From positions 1 through 32,000 of the forward strand of contig NZ_NVQC01000007.1 in assembly GCF_003044035.1 (NCBI RefSeq): a stretch of 32,000 bases of DNA. Direction: 5' to 3'. Origin of the DNA: Candidatus Methylomirabilis limnetica. GTDB taxonomy: Bacteria > Methylomirabilota > Methylomirabilia > Methylomirabilales > Methylomirabilaceae. The number at the start of each line of letters is the position of its first letter. Within the stretch, counting starts at the first letter, position 1. The notes under the pieces were generated by a model that did not search any database, was not told the origin of the DNA, and saw only the letters and a list, made by a program, of their open reading frames with translations. The position numbers and the translations under genes were made by a program. Shown piece after piece: positions 1-8,245 of this stretch.

Positions 1-625
1 CGGGAAAGAGGAGGGCGGAGGCGACCGCGTGATGGCCCTTCATGACGGGGAAGCCGATGGCGGCAAGGACGCGCCCGTTGGGCGCACAGGTGATCTGGTA
101 CGTCTGCGGCAGCGCACTCTCCAGGATGGTCCGACAGACCGCAGTGATCTCCTGGGACGGATCGCCGTGCAGCAGGTGGGCGGCGGCTCGATTGAGCACG
201 AGGAGACGCCCCTGGTCGTCGAGCACCAGCAGGCCATCGCTCAGGTGATCTGCGGCCGCGACGATGAAGGGCCCTAAGAGCTTCTCGGCGGCGTGGTGCC
301 GATCAAACGGATCAGGACGCTGCGACGGCGTAAGGAGAGAGCCTGGCAGCAGTTCAACCACCAGATCGCTCTTGACGTGGGTACGGCAGAGCAACACGTG
401 GCCTTGGGCCTGCTCTGCAGCCGAGAGGATCGGGCGCGGCTGCTCGACCCGGTGGATCTGGCCACTGTGGACCATGGCCTTACACCCGCCGCAGTCGCCC
501 TCCGCACAGCGGGTATCGACGAGGCGCAGCCCCTGCCGGAGCGCGTAGTGCAGGATCGGCTCGGTCGCCTCACACTCAATCGTGATCCCCAGCGGTTCAA
601 ACCGCACCGTGCGCTTTAGCGTCAT
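1..625 (-). CDS. [2Fe-2S] ferredoxin-like domain fused to a PAS-like sensor domain; C-terminal part runs off the left edge (partial)
   Basis: Not in the ORF track because there is no stop inside the window. Own translation of the minus strand from ATG at 625-623: MTLKRTVRFEPLGITIECEATEPILHYALRQGLRLVDTRCAEGDCGGCKAMVHSGQIHRV...GHVLLCRTHVKSDLVVELL. This gives C-X4-C-X2-C...C as in plant-type 2Fe-2S ferredoxins. It continues ...FIVAAADHLSDGLLVLDDQGRLLVLNRAAHLLHG... (PAS-like). The frame stays open to position 1. Confidence 0.6.
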   Translation of the reverse strand, partial: MTLKRTVRFEPLGITIECEATEPILHYALRQGLRLVDTRCAEGDCGGCKAMVHSGQIHRVEQPRPILSAAEQAQGHVLLCRTHVKSDLVVELLPGSLLTPSQRPDPFDRHHAAEKLLGPFIVAAADHLSDGLLVLDDQGRLLVLNRAAAHLLHGDPSQEITAVCRTILESALPQTYQITCAPNGRVLAAIGFPVMKGHHAVASALLFP

Positions 626-688
626 CCTGCCGTGTCCCCTCTATGTGCGCCTGCCCCTCGTGCCTGTCACCGGGCACATGTAGCAAGC

Positions 689-705
689 TAGCAACTCTCG
701 TTCCA
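689..705 (-). promoter_or_regulatory. candidate sigma-54 (-24/-12) promoter upstream of the ferredoxin-PAS gene
   Basis: The minus strand reads TGGAACG-AGAG-TTGCT. This matches TGGCACG-N4-TTGCW with the canonical GG..GC spacing, about 65 nt upstream of the ATG at 625. Confidence 0.35.
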
Positions 706-732
706 CTTTTCTGTAGGGGTGGGAGGGGGGGC

Positions 733-1953
733 TCACAGGTCTTCGGTCGACGTCGCCTGTCTGCCCTGGTGGGCGCGGTGACGGACCGTCGGTGTAGAGG
801 CAGCCACCCCTGAGGCGAACACCGCTTCGTCCGGCCACTGCACGGGGATCTTGAACCCGATGTACTGCTCGATCGCGTCGAGCGACAGGACGTACTCCTC
901 GTCAGCCAAGCTAATCGCCTTGCCGGCCGCCCCGGCCCGCGCCGTTCGCCCGATCCGGTGGACGTAATCTTCCGGATCCTGGGGGAGATCGTAGTTGATC
1001 ACGTGGCTGACCGCCTCGACGTGTAGCCCACGGGAGGCGACATCGGTCGCCACCAGGATCGGCAGCGTGCCCTCTTTGAACTTGGCTATGATTCGAAGGC
1101 GCTTGGACTGATCGATGCTGCCGCTGATCAGATCGGCCTGGAAGCCGCACCGGACCAGCTTTTCGGTGAGCCGCTCTACGCCTTGCCGGGTGTTCGAGAA
1201 AATGAGAATTCGTTGCCATGCCTCGCGCTGGAGCAGCCATCGCAACAGCCGGAATTTCTCCTTCTTCTCGACGTGGAAGAGTAGGTGCTCAACCTTATCC
1301 ACCGTGACCTGTTCGGGGGAAATGGCGACCTTGATCGGGTTATTCATAAACTCATACGAGAGCTCCATCTCCCGAAATGAGAGCGTCGCCGAGAAGAGAA
1401 ACGACTGCCGCTTATGGTAGGGTGGTAGCCGTCTCAGCAGGAAGCGAAGATCCTTGATGAAACCCATGTCGAACATCCGGTCGGCCTCGTCCACAACCAG
1501 TACCTCGACTTGGGAAAGCTCGTAGACCTTCTGTTTGAAGTAGTCAATAAGCCGCCCAGGCGTCCCGACGAGTATGTCCACGTTCTGCTGGAGCGCGTCC
1601 CGCTGTTTCTGGTAGTCCACTCCTCCATAGACGGCGAGCCGCGTCAGGCCGGTGAACTTACCCAGCAGCTCCGCATCACATAGGATCTGCACGGCAAGCT
1701 CACGTGTGGGGGCCAGGATCAAGGCGCGGGGGGCGCCAGGAATGGTGGGGCGCTTTGAATTGAGCAGTCTGACGAAGAGGGGGATCAGGAAGGCAGCCGT
1801 CTTGCCGCTGCCGGTCTGGGCTTGCCCGGCGACATCTTTCCCCGCCAGGGCGAGCGGCAGCGTCTCGGCCTGGATGGGCGTGCACCGGGCAAAGCCGACC
1901 GCCTCTATCCCCTTACGGATCGGCCCAGGCAGTGACAAGGCGTCAAAGGTCAT
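733..1953 (-). CDS. rhlB: ATP-dependent DEAD-box RNA helicase, RhlB-like
   Basis: Motifs present: AQTGSGKT (I), PTRELA (Ia), VVDEADRMFDMGF (II, DEAD), SAT (III), HRIGRTARAG (VI). Long collinear resemblance to E. coli RhlB as I remember it (CTPIQA..LPL.LAG.DVAGQAQTG, GRLIDY.KQ, FSATLS, KRLRI, ILVATDVA.RGLH). I start at the internal ATG (1953-1951, MTFDALSLPG...). The 89-codon upstream extension of the track ORF (to 2220) has no helicase-like sequence. Confidence 0.9.
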   Translation of the reverse strand: MTFDALSLPGPIRKGIEAVGFARCTPIQAETLPLALAGKDVAGQAQTGSGKTAAFLIPLFVRLLNSKRPTIPGAPRALILAPTRELAVQILCDAELLGKFTGLTRLAVYGGVDYQKQRDALQQNVDILVGTPGRLIDYFKQKVYELSQVEVLVVDEADRMFDMGFIKDLRFLLRRLPPYHKRQSFLFSATLSFREMELSYEFMNNPIKVAISPEQVTVDKVEHLLFHVEKKEKFRLLRWLLQREAWQRILIFSNTRQGVERLTEKLVRCGFQADLISGSIDQSKRLRIIAKFKEGTLPILVATDVASRGLHVEAVSHVINYDLPQDPEDYVHRIGRTARAGAAGKAISLADEEYVLSLDAIEQYIGFKIPVQWPDEAVFASGVAASTPTVRHRAHQGRQATSTEDL

Positions 1954-2049
1954 ACGCCGCTCCCGTACCGGACAGTCCCGGAAGGTGTTCCCGCAGGGTG
2001 TACGATGGTCGTCCAATTGTATTTTACAGGCGTGTACATGATTGTGGCT

Positions 2050-2078
2050 ATTATGCCTCTCATAATGGGGATTGACAA
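2050..2078 (-). promoter_or_regulatory. candidate sigma-70 promoter for rhlB
   Basis: The minus strand reads TTGTCA-N17-CATAAT, about 90 nt upstream of the ATG at 1953. A plus-strand TTGACA (2072-2077) overlaps it divergently. Confidence 0.3.
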
Positions 2079-2333
2079 GAGAAATCCATTGTGATAGAAA
2101 AACTAGGCTCTTCCTATAAGCGGGCAGATGCAGTGTGTGATAGCAACGGATTGGACGACGACCGAAGCGATTCGATTGCCTGGTAACGATGTTACCCGGC
2201 AGGCTGAAGGATCTTGCCAAAGGGCAGTTTCGGGAGCATACCCGTTGATTTCCCCTTCAATGGCTCGCCGTCCGGGAAGCGTTACGCGGAACAAGAGTTT
2301 GTCCTAACCCTTTAACTTTCTACGGAGGTACAA

Positions 2334-2786
2334 GTGAAGCTCAGAAACATTGCGACAGGAACGCTCATCCTATCCCTATTTTTCCTTACCGGCTGCGGGG
2401 GAGAGGGAGGGGTAGCGAAAGGGGATCCAATAACCGTGGCAGAGCAGTTTATGGATCTGTACTATCATAAAGCGAATATCAAGGAGGCGGCGGCGTTGGC
2501 TACACCTGAGACGGCCCAGAAGATCGATCCGGCGCCCGGATCTCCTGCTGTGGACGCTTCAAAGGAAAAGGACGCGGGCCAGGAGATCTCGTATTTCCTG
2601 AAGGAAAAGAGTATGGAGGGGAAGCATTCGTACGCCCTGTATCTGATCACTATCACGAGAAAGGATGCCGAGCCCATTTACAAGACGACCGCCCTCTTCA
2701 TAGATCTGGTCGGAGAAGCCTGGAAGATTACCCTCTTTGATGAGAAGATCCATAACGGACCACATCAGGAAGTAAAGAAGGGCTAG
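2334..2786 (+). CDS. lipoprotein of unknown function
   Basis: GTG start preceded by GGAGG (2325-2329). N-terminus MKLRNIATGTLILSLFFLTGCGG has a signal peptide and a canonical lipobox L-T-G-C. Confidence 0.7.
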   Translation: MKLRNIATGTLILSLFFLTGCGGEGGVAKGDPITVAEQFMDLYYHKANIKEAAALATPETAQKIDPAPGSPAVDASKEKDAGQEISYFLKEKSMEGKHSYALYLITITRKDAEPIYKTTALFIDLVGEAWKITLFDEKIHNGPHQEVKKG

Positions 2787-2796
2787 TTAGGCCTTT

Positions 2797-2912
2797 AGAC
2801 TGAAGGCTGAAGGCTATTAGGCTTAGCTTCTTCAGTCTTCAGTCTCAGGAAATAAAAAGCCCCAGGGGAAACATCCCCTGGGGCTTTTCTTCTTCCCTTC
2901 AGCCTTCAGTCT
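2797..2912. repeat. inverted-repeat cassette (heptamer-unit arms) enclosing the lipoprotein/groEL terminator
   Basis: AGACTGAAGGCTGAAGG (2797-2813) is the exact reverse complement of CCTTCAGCCTTCAGTCT (2896-2912). An additional internal arm CTTCAGTCTTCAGTCT lies at about 2831-2846. Same GGCTGAA/TTCAGCC family as at 10.1, 10.8 and 16.1-16.4 kb. Confidence 0.7.
2859..2894. terminator. bidirectional rho-independent terminator (lipoprotein gene on +, groEL on -)
   Basis: Stem AGCCCCAGGGG (2859-2869), loop AAACAT, stem CCCCTGGGGCT (2876-2886). T-rich tracts follow on both strands (TTTTCTTCTT on +, TTTTTATTT on -). Confidence 0.75.
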
Positions 2913-2959
2913 ATCGACCTACTTTTCTAGCCGGATCGCTGAAAGCTGATGGCTTCTTC

Positions 2960-4594
2960 TTAGTACATGTCCCCCATACCGTGACCACCCCCTGGCGGCA
3001 TCGCCGGCATCTTATCCTTCTCCGGAATATCGGTCACCATCGCCTCGGTGGTGATCATCAGTGAGGCGATGCTCGCCGCATTCTGCAGCGCAATTCGAGC
3101 CACCTTGGTTGGGTCGATGATCCCGGCCGCCATCATATCTTCGTACGTCTCCGTCTCAGCGTTGAAACCGTACGAACCATCCTTCTCTCGGACCTTCTGG
3201 ACGACAATCGAGCCCTCGACCCCTGCATTCTCTGCGATCTGGCGGATCGGCTCCTCCAGTGCTCGCCGAATGATGTCGCCGCCAATCTTCTCGTCGCCTT
3301 TGAGGCCCAGCTTTTCGATCACCCTCGACGCCCGAAGGAAAGCCACGCCGCCGCCCGGAATGATTCCCTCTTCGACAGCCGCACGAGTCGCGTTCAGCGC
3401 ATCCTCAACGCGGGCCTTCTTCTCCTTCATGGCAATCTCGGTGGCCGCTCCGACCTTGACGATCGCCACGCCGCCAGCAAGCTTGGCCAGTCGCTCCTGC
3501 AGCTTCTCCTTGTCGTAGTCCGAGGTCGTATCCTCGACCTGGGTCCGGATCTGCTTGATGCGGGCCTCGATCTCCTTCTGAGAGCCGGACCCTTCGATGA
3601 TGGTGGTATTCTCCTTGTCGATCACTATCTTCTTCGCCTTGCCCAGATCGTCCAGCCGGATGTTCTCCAGCTTGACCCCCAGCTCCTCAGAGAGTACCTC
3701 ACCGCCGGTCAGGACCGCGATGTCCTTCAGCATCTCCTTGCGCCGGTCGCCAAAGCCCGGAGCCTTGACCGCCGCACAGTTCAGGGTCCCTCGCAACTTG
3801 TTGACCACCAAGGTGGCCAGCGCCTCGCCATCAACCTCTTCAGCAATCACCACCAGCGGCTTACCCATCTTGGCAATCTGCTCCAGAATCGGCAGGAGAT
3901 CCTTGAGGTTGCTGATCTTCTTTTCGTGGATCAGGATCAGGGGGTTCTCCAGGACTACTTCCATCCGCTCAGGATCGGTCACGAAGTAGGGCGAGGTGTA
4001 GCCTCTGTCAAACTGCATCCCCTCAACCACATCGAGGGTCGTTTCCATGCTCTTGGCTTCCTCGACGGTGATGACCCCGTCCTTGCCGACCTTCTCCATA
4101 GCATCGGCGATGAGGTCGCCGATTTCCTTGTCGTTGTTGGCCGAGATTGTGGCAACCTGGGAGATCTCCTTCTTCCCCTTGGTTGGCTTGGAGATTTTCC
4201 TCAGTTCCTCTACGACGCCCTCAACAGCCTTCTCGATTCCTCGCTTCAGCGCCATTGGGTTCGCGCCGGCCGTCACGTTCCTGATTCCCTCCCGGAAGAT
4301 CGACTGAGCCAATACGGTGGCGGTGGTGGTGCCGTCTCCGGCCACATCGGAGGTCTTACTCGCGACCTCCTTCACCATCTGGGCGCCCATATTCTCAAAG
4401 CTATCTTCAAGCTCGATCTCTTTGGCCACCGTGACCCCGTCCTTCGTAATATTTGGGGCGCCAAACTTCTTATCGATCACAACATTGCGCCCCTTGGGAC
4501 CCAGGGTTACCTTCACGGCGCGGGCAAGGAGGTCAACTCCTTTTTGAATCTTTCGCCTTGCCTCCTCATCAAACAGTATTTGCTTCGCTGGCAT
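2960..4594 (-). CDS. groEL: chaperonin GroEL (Cpn60)
   Basis: 544 aa: [13 protein letters not shown]..., [15 protein letters not shown]-binding motif, C-terminal GGM-type tail ([12 protein letters not shown]). Confidence 0.98.
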   Translation of the reverse strand: MPAKQILFDEEARRKIQKGVDLLARAVKVTLGPKGRNVVIDKKFGAPNITKDGVTVAKEIELEDSFENMGAQMVKEVASKTSDVAGDGTTTATVLAQSIFREGIRNVTAGANPMALKRGIEKAVEGVVEELRKISKPTKGKKEISQVATISANNDKEIGDLIADAMEKVGKDGVITVEEAKSMETTLDVVEGMQFDRGYTSPYFVTDPERMEVVLENPLILIHEKKISNLKDLLPILEQIAKMGKPLVVIAEEVDGEALATLVVNKLRGTLNCAAVKAPGFGDRRKEMLKDIAVLTGGEVLSEELGVKLENIRLDDLGKAKKIVIDKENTTIIEGSGSQKEIEARIKQIRTQVEDTTSDYDKEKLQERLAKLAGGVAIVKVGAATEIAMKEKKARVEDALNATRAAVEEGIIPGGGVAFLRASRVIEKLGLKGDEKIGGDIIRRALEEPIRQIAENAGVEGSIVVQKVREKDGSYGFNAETETYEDMMAAGIIDPTKVARIALQNAASIASLMITTEAMVTDIPEKDKMPAMPPGGGHGMGDMY

Positions 4595-4670
4595 ATCAGC
4601 TTTCCTCCTTAAACGATATCAATGTTTGATCGCGAAATAGCGATCTCGTCGTCAACGCCCTACAAACCTG

Positions 4671-4958
4671 CTATTGCAGGATGCATAGAACGTCTTCCTC
4701 CCTCATGATCAGCAATTCCTTGTCGTCGATCTTCACCTCTGAGCCAGAGTACTTGCCAAAGAGGATCTTGTCGCCGGCCTTCACATCCATCGGCTGTCTT
4801 TTCCCGTCATCGCCGACCTTACCTGGGCCAACGGCAATGACTTCGCCCTCTTGAGGCTTCTCTTTCGCGCTGTCGGGAATGATGATCCCGCCCTTCTTAG
4901 TTTCTTTCTCTTCCAGACGCTTCACCAGGATTCTGTCGTGCAGTGGCTTCACCTTCAC
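4671..4958 (-). CDS. groES: co-chaperonin GroES (Cpn10)
   Basis: 95 aa: [46 protein letters not shown]..., located directly upstream of groEL. Confidence 0.97.
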   Translation of the reverse strand: MKVKPLHDRILVKRLEEKETKKGGIIIPDSAKEKPQEGEVIAVGPGKVGDDGKRQPMDVKAGDKILFGKYSGSEVKIDDKELLIMREEDVLCILQ

Positions 4959-5113
4959 GATCCCTTACTCCTTTCTCCCTGTCTGCTATCTGCCGACAGG
5001 CAGGCGCGGAGCAGATATGCCCCAGCAACCCCCTGACTGTACGATGCACGCAGACAGGCACTACGGTTTACCGCAACGCACCCAACAACGATCTCACACT
5101 CACAACGATTCTG

Positions 5114-5140
5114 TTAGCACTCTCCTTGAGTGAGTGCTAA
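5114..5140 (-). promoter_or_regulatory. CIRCE operator (HrcA binding site)
   Basis: TTAGCACTC-N9-GAGTGCTAA, a perfect match to the CIRCE consensus, 4 nt downstream of the predicted -10. Confidence 0.9.
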
Positions 5141-5143
5141 TGG

Positions 5144-5172
5144 AGTATAGGCGCTTTGACCCTCATTCGCAA
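5144..5172 (-). promoter_or_regulatory. sigma-70 promoter of groES-groEL
   Basis: The minus strand reads TTGCGA-N17-TATACT immediately upstream of CIRCE. Confidence 0.6.
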
Positions 5173-5491
5173 GGACAAATGATCGGATATATTCGGATAA
5201 AAAGTGGCAATAATCGCCATTCTAAGCAGTTAATCAATTATTGGGCTATTTATCGCTGAAACACGCATACGTTCTTTATGGTGATCTGTATTTTAGGCTC
5301 GACAGAGGGCCCGAAGGAGTCTCCCACATGAGCCGGATCAATGTCGCTTCAGGCAGGAACCCGCTCACAAAACTCTCGCTCTCATTCAATGTGCTGAAGC
5401 GGTTCTCTCCATTCTTCACTCCACTGCCGCAGAGACCTATCGCTTAATCCACCCACGCGCGCCCAATGTTTCCCTTCAGTCGATAATGGTC

Positions 5492-5521
5492 TTGACAGTA
5501 TTCTGCGCTGGAACCTATACT
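5492..5521 (+). promoter_or_regulatory. sigma-70 promoter reading into the tandem array and the NDP-sugar gene
   Basis: TTGACA (5492-5497)-N18-TATACT (5516-5521). Confidence 0.5.
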
Positions 5522-5532
5522 CCTTCGACAAC

Positions 5533-5696
5533 TTGGTCTATCTGGTCTGTTTGGTCTATCTGGTCTGTTTGGTCTATCTGGTCTGTTTGGTCTATCTGGT
5601 CTGTTTGGTCTATCTGGTCTGTTTGGTCTATCTGGTTTAGCTGGTCCGTTTGGTCTTGACCAAACGACGAAACAGACGAGATAGACCAGATAGACG
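5533..5696 (+). repeat. 14 x 9-bp (7 x 18-bp) tandem array plus inverted arm
   Basis: Units TTGGTCTAT/CTGGTCTGT alternate from 5533 to 5658; the last three are degenerate (CTGGTTTAG, CTGGTCCGT, TTGGTCTTG). The array is followed by GACCAAACGACGAAACAGACGAGATAGACCAGATAGAC (about 5657-5696), an imperfect reverse complement of the units. Confidence 0.9.
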
Positions 5697-5722
5697 CCAT
5701 AGACATTTTCAGAGGAAGGCGT

Positions 5723-8245
5723 ATGAAAGCCGTTATTATGGCCGGCGGATTCGGAACGCGACTGCGTCCGCTAACGATCAGCATCTCCAAGCCGATGATC
5801 CCAATGGCCACCAAGCCGATGATGGAGCATATTGTGGCACTGCTCAAGAATCACGGCTTTGACGATCTCATCACCCTCCTCTACTTCCAGCCAGAGGTCA
5901 TCGAGCGCTACTTCGGCGACGGTAGCGAATTCGGCGTCAAGATGGTCTATGCCACTGCTACCGAGGACTACGGCACAGCCGGAGCGGTCAAAAACGCCGA
6001 GGCCTTTCTCGACGATACCTTCCTGATCATCAGTGGCGACCTCCTCACTGATTTTGATCTCACGGAGGCGGTCAAGTTTCACAAGGATCATGGCGCCCTA
6101 GCCACCATCGTCTTAACCAGGGTCGAGAACCCGCTCCAGTACGGTGTGGTCATCACGTCTCACGACGGCCGCGTCACACACTTCCTGGAGAAGCCGAGCT
6201 GGAGCGAGGTCTTTAGCGATACCGTGAATACCGGAATCTATATCCTCGAGCCCGAGGTACTCGATCTGATCCCGCCTGGGAAGTCGTTCGACTTTAGCCG
6301 CGATCTATTCCCGAAGCTCTTGAATGAGGGCCGCGCGCTATACGGCTATGTGGCGACCGGGTACTGGAAGGACGTGGGCGATCTGATCGAGTACCGCCTT
6401 GCGCATCGGGATATCCTGGCCGGTATGGTGAAGGTCGCACTTCCAGGGAAGCTGGTGGAGGGACTTGACAAGCCGATCTGGCTTGGGGAGGGGAGTCGCG
6501 TCGATTTCACCGCGTCGCTGAAGGGCGGCGTCCTGATCGGCAAACACACGCAGGTCGGGCCAAATGTTCATATCACCCGCAGCGTCATCGGCGACAACTG
6601 CGTCATCGAGGAGGGGGCCGTCATCGTTGGATCGGTCCTCTGGAATAACGTCTTTATCGGCCCCCGCGCCATCCTGAAGGAGAACATTGTCGGCCGTGGA
6701 AGCGAGATTAAGGCGCACGCTCACCTCTTTGAGGGTGCGTTAATCAGTGATCAGTGTAAGGTCGGCGAGGGGTCAGTGGTCAAGGCCGACGTGAAGGTCT
6801 GGCCCCATAAGGTGGTGGAGGACGGGGCCATCCTGGCCACCAGTTTGGTCTGGGGGCAGAAGTGGTCCCGTTCTCTGTTCGGGGCCTACGGTGTGACCGG
6901 GTTGGCTAATCTTGAGATCTCGCCTGAGTTTGCGGCCAAGCTCGGGGCCTGCTTTGGGGCAACTCTCCGGATGGGAGCGATCGTCCGCACCAGCCGTGAT
7001 TGTCACCAGGCCTCTCACATGGTCAAGCGCGCGATCATCTGTGGCCTCCACTCCGCCGGCGTGGATGTGCACGATTTTCGCATCGTCCCTATCCCGGTGG
7101 TCCGGTACCAGATGGGCGCTCGCGGTGCGGTGGGTGGTGTGCACGTCCGAAAGTCCCCCTTCGATCCCGAGCTGATCGACATCCAATTCTTTGATGAGCG
7201 CGGAATGGATATCTCGTCCAGTTGGGAAAAGAGCATCGAACGATCCTTCTTTCGGGAAGACTTCCGCCGCGCGAAGGTCGATGAGATTGGCCACCTCTCT
7301 CTCCCTGTGTACGACGTGGAATTGTACCAGGAGGGGGTGCTGAGCGTTATCGATCGGGGTGCGCTGCGCGGTCGTGGCTTCCGGATCGTGATCGACTACG
7401 CCTATGGTTCATCCTCCATTATCTTCCCCCAGATCCTCGGGAGGTTGGGGTGTGAGGTGATTGCGCTGAACGCGTACCTGGATCCGGGTAGAATCACCAA
7501 GAGCGCGGAGGGCTTCCATCGTTCATTGCAGCAACTGTCGGAGATTGTCAGAAGTCTGGGAGCTGACCTGGGGATCATGCTTGATACCGGGGCAGAGAAG
7601 ATCTTCGTTGTGGATGACAATGGCGACCTGTTGAGCGATGACCTGGCATTAGCCCTCATGGCCCTACTGGTAATGCGGACCCATCCTCCGGGGGTGATCG
7701 GCGTTCCCATCACCGCCAGCTCAGCCATTGAGGATCTGGCCCGCGACCAGGGCTTTCGGGTCATCAGGACGAAAACGGCCCCGCGTGCGTCGACAGAAGC
7801 GGCAACCCAGGAGGGTGTCATCTTCGTGGGCGACGGTCTCGGCGGTTTCATCTTCTCGCAGTTCCAACCGGTCTTTGACGGAATGCTCGCTACCCTCAAG
7901 CTCCTGGAAATGTTAGCCGCTCAGGATATTCGGTTGCATCAACTGATCCGCTCCATTCCGCAGCGTTTCCGGTGCCACGAGCATATCCCATGCCCCTTGG
8001 AGCGAAAGGGCGGGACGATGCGGGCACTCATCGCCGATACTGCAGATGAGCAGGTCGAACTGGTGGATGGGGTAAAGGTCCATCTTGGCAATGACTCCGT
8101 GATCCTCTATCCGGATCAAGACCGGCCGTATTTCCACATCATCGCCGAAGCCGGTACGCTCGCGCGGGCAGAGGCCCACTTGGCTCGGTATCGAGAAGTC
8201 CTCGCGCTCTGCATGAAGAGTAGCCTGCCAGAGGTCGCTCCGTGA
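5723..8245 (+). CDS. sugar-1-phosphate nucleotidyltransferase (mannose-1-P guanylyltransferase-like) fused to a left-handed beta-helix region and a phosphohexomutase-like C-terminal region
   Basis: RBS GAGGAAGG. N-terminus MKAVIMAGGFGTRLRPLT (GxGTRxxPxT signature). Hexapeptide-like stretch IGDNCVIEEGAVIVGSVLWNNVFIGPRAILKENIVGRGSEIK. The C-terminal ~450 aa are collinear with PGM/PMM domains, but with divergent catalytic loops (see findings). Confidence 0.88.
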   Translation: MKAVIMAGGFGTRLRPLTISISKPMIPMATKPMMEHIVALLKNHGFDDLITLLYFQPEVIERYFGDGSEFGVKMVYATATEDYGTAGAVKNAEAFLDDTFLIISGDLLTDFDLTEAVKFHKDHGALATIVLTRVENPLQYGVVITSHDGRVTHFLEKPSWSEVFSDTVNTGIYILEPEVLDLIPPGKSFDFSRDLFPKLLNEGRALYGYVATGYWKDVGDLIEYRLAHRDILAGMVKVALPGKLVEGLDKPIWLGEGSRVDFTASLKGGVLIGKHTQVGPNVHITRSVIGDNCVIEEGAVIVGSVLWNNVFIGPRAILKENIVGRGSEIKAHAHLFEGALISDQCKVGEGSVVKADVKVWPHKVVEDGAILATSLVWGQKWSRSLFGAYGVTGLANLEISPEFAAKLGACFGATLRMGAIVRTSRDCHQASHMVKRAIICGLHSAGVDVHDFRIVPIPVVRYQMGARGAVGGVHVRKSPFDPELIDIQFFDERGMDISSSWEKSIERSFFREDFRRAKVDEIGHLSLPVYDVELYQEGVLSVIDRGALRGRGFRIVIDYAYGSSSIIFPQILGRLGCEVIALNAYLDPGRITKSAEGFHRSLQQLSEIVRSLGADLGIMLDTGAEKIFVVDDNGDLLSDDLALALMALLVMRTHPPGVIGVPITASSAIEDLARDQGFRVIRTKTAPRASTEAATQEGVIFVGDGLGGFIFSQFQPVFDGMLATLKLLEMLAAQDIRLHQLIRSIPQRFRCHEHIPCPLERKGGTMRALIADTADEQVELVDGVKVHLGNDSVILYPDQDRPYFHIIAEAGTLARAEAHLARYREVLALCMKSSLPEVAP

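Noticed and set aside
1954-2220. N-terminal 89-codon extension of the helicase ORF
   Set aside because: The extension (MARSFSLPGNIVTRQSNRF...) has no helicase similarity and is Cys/His/Arg-rich in the manner of translated non-coding DNA. A good promoter lies inside it, and the RhlB-like alignment starts at MTFDAL.
3926-4612. 228-aa and other long ORFs antisense to groEL (3048..3518, 3597..3989, 4047..4307)
   Set aside because: These are shadow ORFs on the opposite strand of a certain gene. They are low-complexity Ser/Pro/Leu-rich translations.
5241-5447. 68-aa TTG-initiated ORF between the groES promoter and the tandem array
   Set aside because: It has no RBS, an atypical composition and no motif. 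It is probably non-coding promoter-distal DNA.
5533-5658. Possible CRISPR array
   Set aside because: The units are contiguous 9/18-bp tandem repeats with no unique spacers, and no cas genes are nearby.
5515-5847. 110-aa minus-strand ORF with a striking (DQTDQI)n repeat
   Set aside because: It is simply the translation of the 18-bp tandem array. It overlaps the strongly supported plus-strand NDP-sugar gene and has no RBS or domain signature.
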